A DNA stretch of 32,000 nucleotides from Acholeplasma laidlawii PG-8A (GTDB lineage: Bacteria; Bacillota_I; Bacilli_A; Acholeplasmatales; Acholeplasmataceae), in assembly GCF_000018785.1 (NCBI RefSeq), contig NC_010163.1:270001-302000 (forward strand), in the 5' to 3' direction. The notes under the pieces were generated by a model that saw nothing but the letters and a program-made list of their open reading frames with translations, did not search any database and was not told the origin of the DNA. The position numbers and the translations under genes are program-made. Shown piece after piece: positions 8,496 to 19,236 of the stretch. Within the stretch, counting starts at the first letter, position 1. Each line of letters opens with the position of its first letter.

Positions 8496-11420
8496 GTGAA
8501 GCATTTGAAAAAAATACATATTATACTTTTAGTGTTATTAATTGCGTTTATTACGTTCTTAGTTACGGATACACTAAAGATAGCTTTTGACACAGATCAT
8601 TTAAAATATAACGTCAAATTAGATGTTGAGTCTAATAGAGATACAGAAAATGATTCCTATGTCAAAAACTATCAAAATTACATTGCATCAAATCCAGCAA
8701 CATATCCAAAAGATAAAACAATCCTTGTTTCAGCTAAGGATTTTACACATATTGAGGGGAATTATGAAATCATCAATAATTTTAATGGTGTTGCGGAATC
8801 AGTATTAACTCATGAGGTTGGATCTATTAGTTTACCTGTTGATATTGAAGAAGCAGGATTTTACACTATTAGAGTGAATTACTACGCTTATGAAGGAAAA
8901 AGTTCAGCGATTGAAAGGCGCGTTTTTATTAATGGAGTAGTTCCATTTGATGCAGCTGAAAACGTATTATTCCAACGTTACTACGGTAATGCCGCTGTTA
9001 TTTATCAAGATTACGCAGGTAATGATATTAGACCAAGTCAAGTTGAAAAACCAATTTGGACATCCAAATTGATTGGTGACCCACTTGGTTATATAACAGA
9101 ACCATTCAATTTTTATTTAAATTCTGGTACAAACGTTATTAAATTTGAAAGTTTAAGAGAACCATTATTAATTGATTCTATAGTCATAGAATCGGTAAAA
9201 ACTTTACCAACTTATGAAGATGTTAAAGCACAATATGAGGCTAATAACTATGAAGTTGCTAAAGAAGAACTTCAATTTGTTCAAGCAGAAGATGCTGTTC
9301 GTACGACTTCCCCAACGCTATATCCTTTAAATGATCGTACATCATCAAGAACTATGCCATCCGACCCTACTTTAATCAAATTAAATACCATTGGTGGTAC
9401 AAACTGGGATAAAGCAGGTGATCAAATTACATGGACATTTGAGGTACCAAAGACTGGTCTTTATGAAATTTCCATGCGCGTAAAACAAAGATTGGCTAAT
9501 GGTATGGTCGTCTTTAGAGATATTTATATTGATGGCGAAATTCCATTTGCTGAAATGGAAGGATATGCATTTAAATTCTCTAATGACTGGAGAGTCCAAA
9601 CATTAGGAACAAATGAAGAATCATTCTTATTTTATTTAGAAGAGGGTACTCATGAGTTGACAATGGAAGTATCGTTAGGTATTTATGGTCAACTTATTTC
9701 AGATTTACAAGATGTTATCGATAATTTAAATAAAATCTATCGTGAAATATTAATTTACACAGGACCTAGTCCTGACCCATTTAGAGATTATGAATTAGCA
9801 AACCGTATACCTAATTTAATTTCTAGATTCAAAAGTGAATTAGAACAAGCAAAATACATTAGAGAAACACTAATTGAAGTGTCTGGCAATAGAAGTGAAA
9901 AAACTGGTATCCTGGATACTGTTATTCTTCAATTACAAGACTTTATCAAGCGTCCTCGTAGTATTCAAAACAGTTTATCAACATATGTTTCAAACATATC
10001 TTCATTAGGTACATTAGTTATTCTTTTATCTAGTCAACCACTTGAAATTGATTATTTTGTGCTACATGAACCAGGTGCTAAAATGCCACAATCAACACCA
10101 AGTTTCTTTGAAAGTACATGGTTTGGATTTAGATCGTTTTTAGCTACGTTTACTACAGATTTCTCTGCTGTAGGTCGCGTGGATACTGGTGAAGTAAATG
10201 AAACTATTGAAGTTTGGTTATCTATAGGTCAAGACCAAGCAAACATTCTTAGAAAATTAATTGACGAAACATTTGCCCCGGAAAATCAAATTCAAGTAGA
10301 CTTGAAATTGGTTTCAGGTGCATCATTATTACCTGCTACACTATCAGGTAGAGGGCCTGACGTGGCTATTGGCCAAGCAGACTCAACACCTGTAAACTAT
10401 GCTATGCGTAATGCTGTTTATGATTTAACTCAGTTTGATGACTTTGACGAAATTGCACAAAGATTTATGCCAAGTGCATTAGTACCATATGAATTTGATG
10501 GTAGCTATTATGCATTACCAGAACAACAAATATTTTTAATGATGTTCTATAGAACGGATATTTTTGAAGAGTTAGGTTTAACACCTCCAAATACTTGGAG
10601 AGAAGTTGTTGAAATGATTCCTTCATTACAAAAACATAATTTAGAATTTTATTTACCTGTTCCATTAACTCAAGGTGCTGCAATCATCTTGCCACCAAAC
10701 CCAATATTCTCTACAATGTTCTACCAAAATGATGGTCAGTTCTATATTGATGGTGACAGACAAGCAGGATTTAATGAAGGTAATGGACCTAAAGTATTTG
10801 AACAATGGTCATCATTCTATACAAACTATTCATTCCCGGTAGAAGCGAACTTTAATAACCGTTTTAGAAGTGGTCAAATGCCTATTGGTATTTCTTACTA
10901 CAATACATATAACGTGTTAAGTGTCTTTGCTCCAGAAATCCGTGGTAAATGGAACTTCGTAGCTGTACCTGGTACAGAGTATGTTGATGAACATGGTCAA
11001 ACTCAAATTAGACGTGAAACTGTATCAACAGGTACAGGTGGTATTATCCTAAATCAATCGAATAAAAAAGAAGAGTCATGGGAATTCTTAAAATGGTGGA
11101 CATCTACTGAAACTCAAATGCGTTTTGGTCGTGAACTAGAAGGTATTTTAGGAGCAGCTGCTAGATATCCAACTGCTAACATAGAAGCTATGGAACAATT
11201 ACCATGGACAGTCGATGAATTAACAAAACTGAAAGAACAATGGGCATGGGTACGTGGTATTCCTGAAGTTCCAGGTGGTTATATGACGGGTCGTCATTTA
11301 GACAATGCATTTAGACTTGTATTAAATGAAGCAGCGAACCCACGTGAAACTATTTATGATTACGTACAAATGATTAATGAAGAATTAGCGAAGAAACGCC
11401 GCGAATTCGGATTAGATTAA
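8496..11420 (+). CDS. Membrane-anchored solute-binding protein fused to a large N-terminal beta-sandwich/CBM-like region
   Basis: N-terminal TM segment. CBM6/35-like stretch (FVQAEDAVRTT...GDQITWTFEVPKTGLYEISMRVKQRLANG). C-terminal third resembles sugar SBPs (DVAIGQADSTPVNYAMRNAVYDLTQFDDF..., NTWREVVEMIPSL, SWEFLKWWTSTETQMRFGRELEGILG). TTG at 8505 after GAGGTG is an alternative start. Confidence 0.78.
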   Translation: MKHLKKIHIILLVLLIAFITFLVTDTLKIAFDTDHLKYNVKLDVESNRDTENDSYVKNYQNYIASNPATYPKDKTILVSAKDFTHIEGNYEIINNFNGVAESVLTHEVGSISLPVDIEEAGFYTIRVNYYAYEGKSSAIERRVFINGVVPFDAAENVLFQRYYGNAAVIYQDYAGNDIRPSQVEKPIWTSKLIGDPLGYITEPFNFYLNSGTNVIKFESLREPLLIDSIVIESVKTLPTYEDVKAQYEANNYEVAKEELQFVQAEDAVRTTSPTLYPLNDRTSSRTMPSDPTLIKLNTIGGTNWDKAGDQITWTFEVPKTGLYEISMRVKQRLANGMVVFRDIYIDGEIPFAEMEGYAFKFSNDWRVQTLGTNEESFLFYLEEGTHELTMEVSLGIYGQLISDLQDVIDNLNKIYREILIYTGPSPDPFRDYELANRIPNLISRFKSELEQAKYIRETLIEVSGNRSEKTGILDTVILQLQDFIKRPRSIQNSLSTYVSNISSLGTLVILLSSQPLEIDYFVLHEPGAKMPQSTPSFFESTWFGFRSFLATFTTDFSAVGRVDTGEVNETIEVWLSIGQDQANILRKLIDETFAPENQIQVDLKLVSGASLLPATLSGRGPDVAIGQADSTPVNYAMRNAVYDLTQFDDFDEIAQRFMPSALVPYEFDGSYYALPEQQIFLMMFYRTDIFEELGLTPPNTWREVVEMIPSLQKHNLEFYLPVPLTQGAAIILPPNPIFSTMFYQNDGQFYIDGDRQAGFNEGNGPKVFEQWSSFYTNYSFPVEANFNNRFRSGQMPIGISYYNTYNVLSVFAPEIRGKWNFVAVPGTEYVDEHGQTQIRRETVSTGTGGIILNQSNKKEESWEFLKWWTSTETQMRFGRELEGILGAAARYPTANIEAMEQLPWTVDELTKLKEQWAWVRGIPEVPGGYMTGRHLDNAFRLVLNEAANPRETIYDYVQMINEELAKKRREFGLD

Positions 11421-11434
11421 GAAAGAGGGTCTAT

Positions 11435-12364
11435 ATGCAAGCAACAATTAAACGAGATTTCAAAACTAGATCCAAACAAATGTGGAAAGAGATGAAAGAA
11501 GCCAAACATTTATATGTTTTAATGGCACCTTTTATCATACTATTCTTCACTTTCACAATCATTCCGGTTGTTATGTCACTTGGTATTAGTTTTACACAGT
11601 TTAATATGTTAGAAGCACCTCGTTTTGTGGGCTTTGATAACTATATTAAATTGTTATTAGATGATGAAATATTCATCATCGCTATTAGAAATACACTAGT
11701 ATTGGCGGTTGTTACCGGACCAGTATCCTATTTATTAGCATTCGTATTTGCTTGGTTAATTAACGAGCTTAAACCAAAATTACGTGCATTTATGACTTTA
11801 GTCTTTTATGCACCCTCAATTAGCGGTAATGCATTTTTAATTTGGTTACTTATCTTTTCTGGTGATGTTCATGGATATGCCAATGCATTCTTAATGCAAT
11901 TTGGTATTATCAATAACCCGATACTGTGGTTAAGAGATCCAGATTACATGCTATTTGTTATTATCCTAGTTCAATTATGGTTAAGTTTAGGTGTGTCCTT
12001 CCTTGCCTTCATTGCTGGGTTACAAAGTGTGGATAAAACACTTTACGAAGCAGGTAGTATTGATGGAATCAAAAACAGATGGCAAGAATTATGGTTTATT
12101 ACAATTCCAAGTATGAAACCACAATTATTATTTGGTGCCGTAATGCAAATTACCACATCCCTTGCGATTGCAGAAGTTTCTATGCAGCTTGTAGGGTTCC
12201 CATCTGTACAGTATGAAGGACATACAATTGTAACGCACTTAATTGACTATGGGTCCATTCGCTTTGACTTAGGTTATGCCTCAGCAATTGCGACTATCCT
12301 ATTTATAATTATGATTAGTGCCAACTTAATTGTCCAAAAATTCTTAAGAAAGTTGGGTGAATAA
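11435..12364 (+). CDS. Sugar ABC transporter permease (MalF-type)
   Basis: Multiple TM segments and EAA-loop motif YEAGSIDGIKNRWQELWFITIPSMKP. Confidence 0.9.
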   Translation: MQATIKRDFKTRSKQMWKEMKEAKHLYVLMAPFIILFFTFTIIPVVMSLGISFTQFNMLEAPRFVGFDNYIKLLLDDEIFIIAIRNTLVLAVVTGPVSYLLAFVFAWLINELKPKLRAFMTLVFYAPSISGNAFLIWLLIFSGDVHGYANAFLMQFGIINNPILWLRDPDYMLFVIILVQLWLSLGVSFLAFIAGLQSVDKTLYEAGSIDGIKNRWQELWFITIPSMKPQLLFGAVMQITTSLAIAEVSMQLVGFPSVQYEGHTIVTHLIDYGSIRFDLGYASAIATILFIIMISANLIVQKFLRKLGE

Positions 12365-12366
12365 TT

Positions 12367-13251
12367 ATGCAAATCGTAAAAGATTTCATGATGAAAAGAA
12401 AAATCAAGAAGAAAAAAAGACTCAACCGTTCTATAGGTGGAGACATTGCGTTATTCATTTTACTAGCATTGTTTGGTATTTTCTCAGCTTATCCATTAAT
12501 TATGACTGCATCTAATGCATTCAAACCACTAGATGAGTTGTTTGTTTTCCCACCAACATTATTACCAAGAAACTTAACATTCAATAACTTTAGAGACTTA
12601 TCTGAATTAATTGGAAACTCTTGGATACCATTCTCTAGATACTTCTTTAATACAATATTTGTAACAGTAGTCGGTACAGCAGGACACGTACTAATCGCTA
12701 GTATGTGTGCTTACCCACTTGCTAAATACAAATTTCCAGGATCAAAGATTATATTCATGTTAGTAGTGTACTCATTAATGTTTGCACCTCAAGTTACTGC
12801 TACACCAAACTATATTATCGTATCTTGGGTTGGTTTAATTGATACACCATGGGCAATTATTTTCCCTGCAATCGCTTCTTCACTAGGTTTATACTTAATG
12901 AAGCAATTTATGGAACAAGTGCCTACGGAGTTAATTGAGTCAGCTAAAATCGATGGTGCAAGTGAATATCGTATATTTTTCCAAATTGTTATGCCACTGG
13001 TAAAACCAGCATGGTTGACATTAATTATTTTACTCTTCCAAAGACTATGGACTACTGATGGTGGTGCATTTATCTTCAGTGAAGAATTGAAACCTCTATC
13101 ATTTGCACTACGTCAAATTGCACAAGGATCTATTGAACGTGCAGGGACAGTTGCAGCAGTAGGGTTTATTATGATGATTGTTCCAGTTGTGTTCTTTATA
13201 TTCTCACAATCTAAGATTGTGGAAACATTTAGTACATCTGGTCTGAAATAG
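12367..13251 (+). CDS. Carbohydrate ABC transporter permease (MalG-type)
   Basis: EAA loop ELIESAKIDGASEYRIFFQIVMPLVKPAWLT, multiple TM segments, 2-bp gap to the upstream permease. Confidence 0.9.
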   Translation: MQIVKDFMMKRKIKKKKRLNRSIGGDIALFILLALFGIFSAYPLIMTASNAFKPLDELFVFPPTLLPRNLTFNNFRDLSELIGNSWIPFSRYFFNTIFVTVVGTAGHVLIASMCAYPLAKYKFPGSKIIFMLVVYSLMFAPQVTATPNYIIVSWVGLIDTPWAIIFPAIASSLGLYLMKQFMEQVPTELIESAKIDGASEYRIFFQIVMPLVKPAWLTLIILLFQRLWTTDGGAFIFSEELKPLSFALRQIAQGSIERAGTVAAVGFIMMIVPVVFFIFSQSKIVETFSTSGLK

Positions 13252-13260
13252 GAGGATTAT

Positions 13261-15075
13261 ATGAAATTATTTACACTCATATCTCTTTTATTTACATTAC
13301 CATTAAACTTTTCAATTATAAGATATAACTTCTCATACTATGGTGATGTAATTCATTCAGCGCCAGGCTTAAGTTATGCACAGACTTTTAGTGAGAGAAC
13401 ACTAGAAACTGATATGGTCACTCCTGAAGATCTTGTGGTTTATGAAAACGAAATATATATTATATCTAGTGGTTCTAATGCATTAATCGTTGTGAATAAT
13501 AATTTTGAATTAAACCAATCTGTGAAATCATTTGAGATAAGCACAGCATACAGAAATTTTCTATTTGACACTACTGAGGGTTTATTAGAAGCTCATACAA
13601 CGCTTAAGTCAGATGTAGCAGTCCAGCTAAATACTGCAAAATTAAATGCTAATGAAAGTATGGCATCTCTAGTATTCTTAGAAGCTGAAGCTAAAAATGT
13701 ATTTATAGCAGATATTGATGCTCTACATGCAACACTTAACACAAAAGTTACATCAAGTTTTAATCCATCAACTATTGTTGGCACAATTACAGAAGCTAAT
13801 ACAGAGTTTAAAAAAATTGTTGATCTAGCAATTGATGCAGATGAAGCAGCAAGAATTGAAAAAGGATTAGAACGTGGTGAGAACACAGTTTTAAACTATA
13901 AAAATGCTACATCGGTTGAAAAGGACGAAATCCTTAACGTATTGGAAGCACAAACATTAAACGGACCTATGGGACTTGATGTTCAGCATACTGGTATCTA
14001 TATTGCAGATACTGGTAATAATCGTATTGTAAAATTAAATCATAACTTCGAGGTAGTAGATTTATTTACTGAAGTTGATGATGTAACCTTTGAAACAGTC
14101 GACTTTATTCCTGTAAAAATTACTACAGACTCAACGGGTAGAATGTATGTTGTAGCTAGAGAAATTTACGAAGGTATTTTAGAATTAGATACTGACGGAT
14201 CATTTAACAGATACACAGGGGTCAACCCAATCACTTTATCTCCAATTGATATCTTTAACCGCTTTTGGATGAGTGATGCACAAATTGACAAATTACCTAA
14301 GTTCTTACCTACAAGTTATACAAACGTTACAATGAACTCAGAAAACTTTATTTATGCAACCTCATTACCATCTACAAACAACTCTGATAACATGATTCAA
14401 TTAATCAACCCTAAAGGTGTTGACGTACTTATCCGTAATGGATACCACGTACCAAAAGGAGACATACAATTTGTTGAAGGCATGAATAACTACGTTATCG
14501 ATGGTCCATCAAGACTAGTAGATATTGCAGTGTACCAAGATGGTATTTATACAGTATTAGACGCTAAACGTTCAAGATTATTTACTTATGACTCAGAAGG
14601 TAACCTATTATATGTTAATGGTGAAGCTGGTCAACAATTAGATAAATTCACAAACGGTGTAGCACTTGCTTATTTTGGTGATAATTTATTAGTATTAGAC
14701 AAAGAACTTAGAACAGTTATAGTTTATGAACACACAGAATTTGGATCTAAAGTAAATGAGGCAATTCATCACCATGAAAATGGAGAATTTGAATTAGCAG
14801 CTCAACTATGGGAAGAAGTCTTAGTATTAAATACAAACTATGAAGTAGCATACAACGGTATTGGTAAGTATCATTTAAGAAATGGTGATTATGAAAAAGC
14901 TATGGAATATTTCCAATATGGCTATGACAAATATTACTATTCAAGAGCTTATAAATCATATCGTAATGAGTTAATTAAATCAAACTTTGGTTACATTATG
15001 CTTGTTGTATTATTAATTCCTACAGCACTGATTACATTAAAACAAATTAAAAAAAGAAAGGGTAGACTAAAATAA
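13261..15075 (+). CDS. NHL-repeat/TPR protein with N-terminal signal and C-terminal TM
   Basis: NHL-like units (GPMGLDVQHTGIYIADTGNNRIVKLNHNFEV; GPSRLVDIAVYQDGIYTVLDAKRSRLFTYDSEGNLLY), TPR-like segment (YNGIGKYHLRNGDYEKAMEYFQYGYD), C-terminal TM with basic tail. Confidence 0.75.
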   Translation: MKLFTLISLLFTLPLNFSIIRYNFSYYGDVIHSAPGLSYAQTFSERTLETDMVTPEDLVVYENEIYIISSGSNALIVVNNNFELNQSVKSFEISTAYRNFLFDTTEGLLEAHTTLKSDVAVQLNTAKLNANESMASLVFLEAEAKNVFIADIDALHATLNTKVTSSFNPSTIVGTITEANTEFKKIVDLAIDADEAARIEKGLERGENTVLNYKNATSVEKDEILNVLEAQTLNGPMGLDVQHTGIYIADTGNNRIVKLNHNFEVVDLFTEVDDVTFETVDFIPVKITTDSTGRMYVVAREIYEGILELDTDGSFNRYTGVNPITLSPIDIFNRFWMSDAQIDKLPKFLPTSYTNVTMNSENFIYATSLPSTNNSDNMIQLINPKGVDVLIRNGYHVPKGDIQFVEGMNNYVIDGPSRLVDIAVYQDGIYTVLDAKRSRLFTYDSEGNLLYVNGEAGQQLDKFTNGVALAYFGDNLLVLDKELRTVIVYEHTEFGSKVNEAIHHHENGEFELAAQLWEEVLVLNTNYEVAYNGIGKYHLRNGDYEKAMEYFQYGYDKYYYSRAYKSYRNELIKSNFGYIMLVVLLIPTALITLKQIKKRKGRLK

Positions 15076-15713
15076 TGAATAAAATTAAAAATATTTTAAC
15101 AGATTATCTATCCTTTCCTAAATATTTAATGATGCATCCATTTGATGGATATGATGAATTTAAAACAGAAAAGAAGGGTAAATTGAGTGTTGCGATCGTT
15201 TTTATTGCACTGTTTGCATTATTACGTATCTTAACTTATCAGTATGAAAGTTTCTTAATTAATGAACGTAATCCAATGTTAATTAATAACCTACAAGAAA
15301 TCTTTGTAGTTGGATTATTAGTCATTTTATTTGTAACTGCAAACTGGTCAGTCACAACACTAATGGAAGGTAAAGGGAAATTTAAAGAAATCCTTATGGT
15401 AACAGGTTATGCATTATTCCCTATTATCATTATTGGTTACCCAGCCTTACTTATTTCAAACTTCTTAACATTAGATGAAATGGCATTTTATACACTTGCA
15501 GTAGGTGTTGCATATTTCTTAACGGGTTGGATGTTGTTTATGGGTATTTTAAATATCCATCAATACGGTCTATTAAAGACAATTATGGCATTTCTTGCAA
15601 CTGTTATATCTATGATGGTGATGATGTTCTTAGGATTATTATTCTTTGACGTTATTCAACAAATCATCTCATTCATTTCTGCAATCATTGAAGAATTGGG
15701 GTTACGAAGATGA
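15075..15713 (+). CDS. Yip1-domain-like multi-pass membrane protein
   Basis: About 5 hydrophobic segments, [15 protein letters not shown]-terminus, [18 protein letters not shown]-like pattern. TAATG overlap with the upstream gene. Confidence 0.65.
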   Translation: MNKIKNILTDYLSFPKYLMMHPFDGYDEFKTEKKGKLSVAIVFIALFALLRILTYQYESFLINERNPMLINNLQEIFVVGLLVILFVTANWSVTTLMEGKGKFKEILMVTGYALFPIIIIGYPALLISNFLTLDEMAFYTLAVGVAYFLTGWMLFMGILNIHQYGLLKTIMAFLATVISMMVMMFLGLLFFDVIQQIISFISAIIEELGLRR

Positions 15714-18292
15714 TATTTATTAAAAAACATTATATTAAACTAATTATTGGTTTTCTTGGATTTGCTTTAATTGCATTTGTTGCGATTGGGGTACCACTTT
15801 CTAAAACAACTTATGCACATCAGACCACTCAAAGTTTTGACAAAGAAGGGTTTGTAGAAGCAACTAAAGATTCTAATCCAAATAAACTTGTTGCTGAAAA
15901 TGCAAACTACCAATTATTTTTAGATGAAACAACTTCATACTTTAAAGTTGTTGATAAAGCATCAGGCTATGTCTGGGAGTCCAACCCAAGCGTTGAAGAC
16001 GACCGATTAGGTACAACGCCAGCTGCTAAAAATAGACAAAAAGCTACATTAGAATATAACTATTATAATGAGGCTGGTTCTGTTGCAACATCTAATAACT
16101 ATGCACTAAGTATTTCTCACCCACAAGGTGTGAAAAATGATGCTGGTGAACGTACTTACCAAATTCGTTATGTAGAAAATGGGTTCCAAGTATTATATGT
16201 CATTGGTAATATTGATATTACAAACTTATATTTCCCAAGATATATCTCAAGTGAATTAATGGAATCTTTCGATCCGGATATACGTGCAGAATTAGAATTA
16301 TTCGCATATGGCCAATTTGATGCCGAATTAGATGCATTCTTTATTCAATCTTATTCAACTGAATTAGCTCGTGGTGTTAAAACAAGACTTTATAGAATTT
16401 TCTATGAAACGCTAGGTTATACATTAGAGGATATTCAAGAAATGAATTTCGAATATGGCATCACAGAAGAAGCTGAACAAACTGAATTTGAAATTGCTGT
16501 AGAAGTTAAATTAGAATCACATGGTATTAATGCAAAAATTATTAGAGACTCCATCGTTGAAAGAAATGGTAGATTATCTGAAATATCATTATATCCAATG
16601 TTTGGTACAGCACATATGACTGTTAATAATGAGGACTCACAAGGTTACTTATTTATTCCAGATGGTAGTGGTGCTATTATGGAATTTAATAATGGTAAAA
16701 CAAACCAGTCAGCTTATAGAAAGCGTCTTTATGGTATGGATTTATCCCAAATGCCAATGAAGATGGCTGAACAACAACAAAAAATTAGTTTACCAGTCTT
16801 TGGTATGGTGAAAGAAGAAAATGGATTTGCAGCAATCATCACAGAAGGTGATGCAATGGCTTATGTGAATGCTGACGTTTCAAACCGTAGAGACTCATAC
16901 AACCGTATTTATGCTTCATTCCAAATTAGAGAAACTGAACAAGTTATCTTAGGTTCTGGATTCAACCAATATGGTATTACATTACTTACAAAAGATATTG
17001 TAAAAACTGATTTTGAAGTAGAGTTCCACTTTATTAAAGGCTTAGAAAACAACTATGCAGGGATTGCTAAAGTATATCGTGATTACTTAATTGAAAATCA
17101 TGGCTTAACAAAAACTGATCATACAAATACGATTCAATTAACTGCAGAATTCTTAGGTGCATTTGATAAAAAAGATTTCTTCTTAGGTATTCCTTACACT
17201 TCTTTAGACAGTCTAACTACATTCAAACAAGCACTTGAAATACTTGATGAATTAGAAACACGTGGTATTAATGATATCAATGTGAACTATCTAGGTGCTG
17301 CAAATGGTGGTTTAGTCAACCAATTATATGATAGAAATACCATTCCTTCAGTTTTAGGTGGTAAATCTGAGTTTGTTAAATTCAATGATGAACTCACAGG
17401 ACGTGGTATTGATCTATATCAAAATGTGAATTTTGTATCTACAAAATCATATAGAGGTATATTCGATGAATCAATGTACAATACAAAGAGAATTCGTGGT
17501 TCACAATCACTATTATATGGATACCATTACCCATCACTTCTACCAAGTTCAGAACTTCCAACTGGTAAGAATTTAGACCAATACCTTTTAAATCCACTTT
17601 ACTATCAGGCGTTATATAACAAATTTAGTAAAGAAGTATATACAAATGGACTAAGTTTAGGTATGATTGGTTCACAAATTGTGTCTAATCATGATTTTAA
17701 CAATACAATTTACAAGCAAGATGCTTTAATTATTCAAAAGAACTTATTAGAGACAATTAATGAAGATATGATGATCTCAAATCCACTTGGATTTGCTATT
17801 CCATATGCTACAAGATTTGATAGTCTACCTACAGAAACCACATTATATGGTTTAATTGATTATCCAGTTCCATTTACGCAACTAGTATTAAGTGGGTATA
17901 AAGATTACACGGCAGACTCTATGAACTTATCAAGTAACCGTAGTCCGAGATTCCAATTCTTAAAAGCTTTAGAAACGGGATCAAACATTAAATATACGTT
18001 ATCTTATGATAGTTCTCAAAAATTACTCAACACAGAGCATAACCAATATATGTCAACGCACTATATTAACTGGTTAGACACAATTGAAGCTCAAGTTAAA
18101 GAATTAAATACAATTAATATTTCAAGCGGTGCTTTAATTGCACACGAAAAACTAGCAAACTTTAATAACGTATACAAAGTAGGTTATTCTAACAACTTAG
18201 AAATGATCATTAACTACAACCTATTTAGTATCACAGTAGAAGGTGTAACAATTCCAGCAATGGATTACCATATTACGAGAGGAGCAGCCTAA
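15710..18292 (+). CDS. DUF5696-family-like membrane-anchored protein, glycoside-hydrolase-like architecture suspected
   Basis: N-terminal TM, then [16 protein letters not shown] beta-sandwich-like region, then a C-terminal region with barrel-like periodicity ([31 protein letters not shown]...). Located between two permease pairs. Family assignment is from memory of the sequence style. Confidence 0.6.
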   Translation: MIFIKKHYIKLIIGFLGFALIAFVAIGVPLSKTTYAHQTTQSFDKEGFVEATKDSNPNKLVAENANYQLFLDETTSYFKVVDKASGYVWESNPSVEDDRLGTTPAAKNRQKATLEYNYYNEAGSVATSNNYALSISHPQGVKNDAGERTYQIRYVENGFQVLYVIGNIDITNLYFPRYISSELMESFDPDIRAELELFAYGQFDAELDAFFIQSYSTELARGVKTRLYRIFYETLGYTLEDIQEMNFEYGITEEAEQTEFEIAVEVKLESHGINAKIIRDSIVERNGRLSEISLYPMFGTAHMTVNNEDSQGYLFIPDGSGAIMEFNNGKTNQSAYRKRLYGMDLSQMPMKMAEQQQKISLPVFGMVKEENGFAAIITEGDAMAYVNADVSNRRDSYNRIYASFQIRETEQVILGSGFNQYGITLLTKDIVKTDFEVEFHFIKGLENNYAGIAKVYRDYLIENHGLTKTDHTNTIQLTAEFLGAFDKKDFFLGIPYTSLDSLTTFKQALEILDELETRGINDINVNYLGAANGGLVNQLYDRNTIPSVLGGKSEFVKFNDELTGRGIDLYQNVNFVSTKSYRGIFDESMYNTKRIRGSQSLLYGYHYPSLLPSSELPTGKNLDQYLLNPLYYQALYNKFSKEVYTNGLSLGMIGSQIVSNHDFNNTIYKQDALIIQKNLLETINEDMMISNPLGFAIPYATRFDSLPTETTLYGLIDYPVPFTQLVLSGYKDYTADSMNLSSNRSPRFQFLKALETGSNIKYTLSYDSSQKLLNTEHNQYMSTHYINWLDTIEAQVKELNTINISSGALIAHEKLANFNNVYKVGYSNNLEMIINYNLFSITVEGVTIPAMDYHITRGAA

Positions 18293-19236
18293 TGCAAGAT
18301 ACAGTACATTCAAACCAAGTTAATCCAAAAGGCAAAAAGAAGTTTGAAATGACCTATGAACGTCAAAAACTATTTTGGGCTGCGGTCTTCTTACTACCTT
18401 GGTTTATTGGTTTATTATTACTATTTATAGTGCCATTTTTTCAATCACTAAATTATAGTTTTTATAAATTAACTCCTCAAGTAGGATCTATACTCTTTGA
18501 GTATGTCGGTTTTGGTAACTATTTATTTGCATTCAATGAGCACGTAAGTACTTCAACATCTACAAGCTTTAGTGTCGAAATGATTAACACAATGTCTGAT
18601 GTAGCGTTTAATATTCCTGTTTTATTAATTTTCAGTTTATTTATGGCTGTATTATTAAACATGAAATTCAAAGGTCGTGCAATTGTTCGTGCAATCTTCT
18701 TCGTACCAGTTATTCTAAACTCAGTTGCAGTTGCTTCTGCTTTAGGTGGTGGCTCAATTATGACTGAAATCTTAGAACAACAAGGTATTGGTAAAATATT
18801 TGATTTACAATTTTTCCTAATTCAATCTGGTTTACCAGAAATCATGGTAAATTCAGTCGTTGGATTAATTGATCGTATTTACGACATTTTATCATTAAGT
18901 GGTGTGCCAATATTACTCTTTTTAGCAAGTATTCAATCGATTCCAGGTCATTTATATGAAGCGGCAAAAATTGAAGGTGCTACTGGATATGAAACATTTT
19001 GGCTAATTACTTTACCAAACGTGACCCCTCATATTTTAACGGTTGTGGTATATGCGCTCGTAGATACATTCTTAACATCTCCAGTATCTGGTATTATTCA
19101 ACATGAATTAAATACACAAAACTGGGGTTTGAGTTCAGCGATGGCATGGATATATGTACTATTTATATTAGGTACTCTCCTAGTTGTCTTTGTATTAGCT
19201 AAAATATTTAAGATAGGAGGTTCACATTATGAATAG
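18292..19236 (+). CDS. Sugar ABC transporter permease (MalF-type), second pair
   Basis: EAA loop YEAAKIEGATGYETFWLITLPNVTPHIL, multiple TM segments. Confidence 0.9.
   Translation: MQDTVHSNQVNPKGKKKFEMTYERQKLFWAAVFLLPWFIGLLLLFIVPFFQSLNYSFYKLTPQVGSILFEYVGFGNYLFAFNEHVSTSTSTSFSVEMINTMSDVAFNIPVLLIFSLFMAVLLNMKFKGRAIVRAIFFVPVILNSVAVASALGGGSIMTEILEQQGIGKIFDLQFFLIQSGLPEIMVNSVVGLIDRIYDILSLSGVPILLFLASIQSIPGHLYEAAKIEGATGYETFWLITLPNVTPHILTVVVYALVDTFLTSPVSGIIQHELNTQNWGLSSAMAWIYVLFILGTLLVVFVLAKIFKIGGSHYE

Noticed and set aside
7102-9599. Small ORFs at 7102-7284, 7709-8098, 8623-8808, 9381-9599
   Set aside because: All lie inside the two well-supported SBP genes in other frames and have no plausible start context.
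10465-10683. Plus-strand ORF (72 aa) in another frame
   Set aside because: Shadow ORF in the SBP domain of the 8496 gene.
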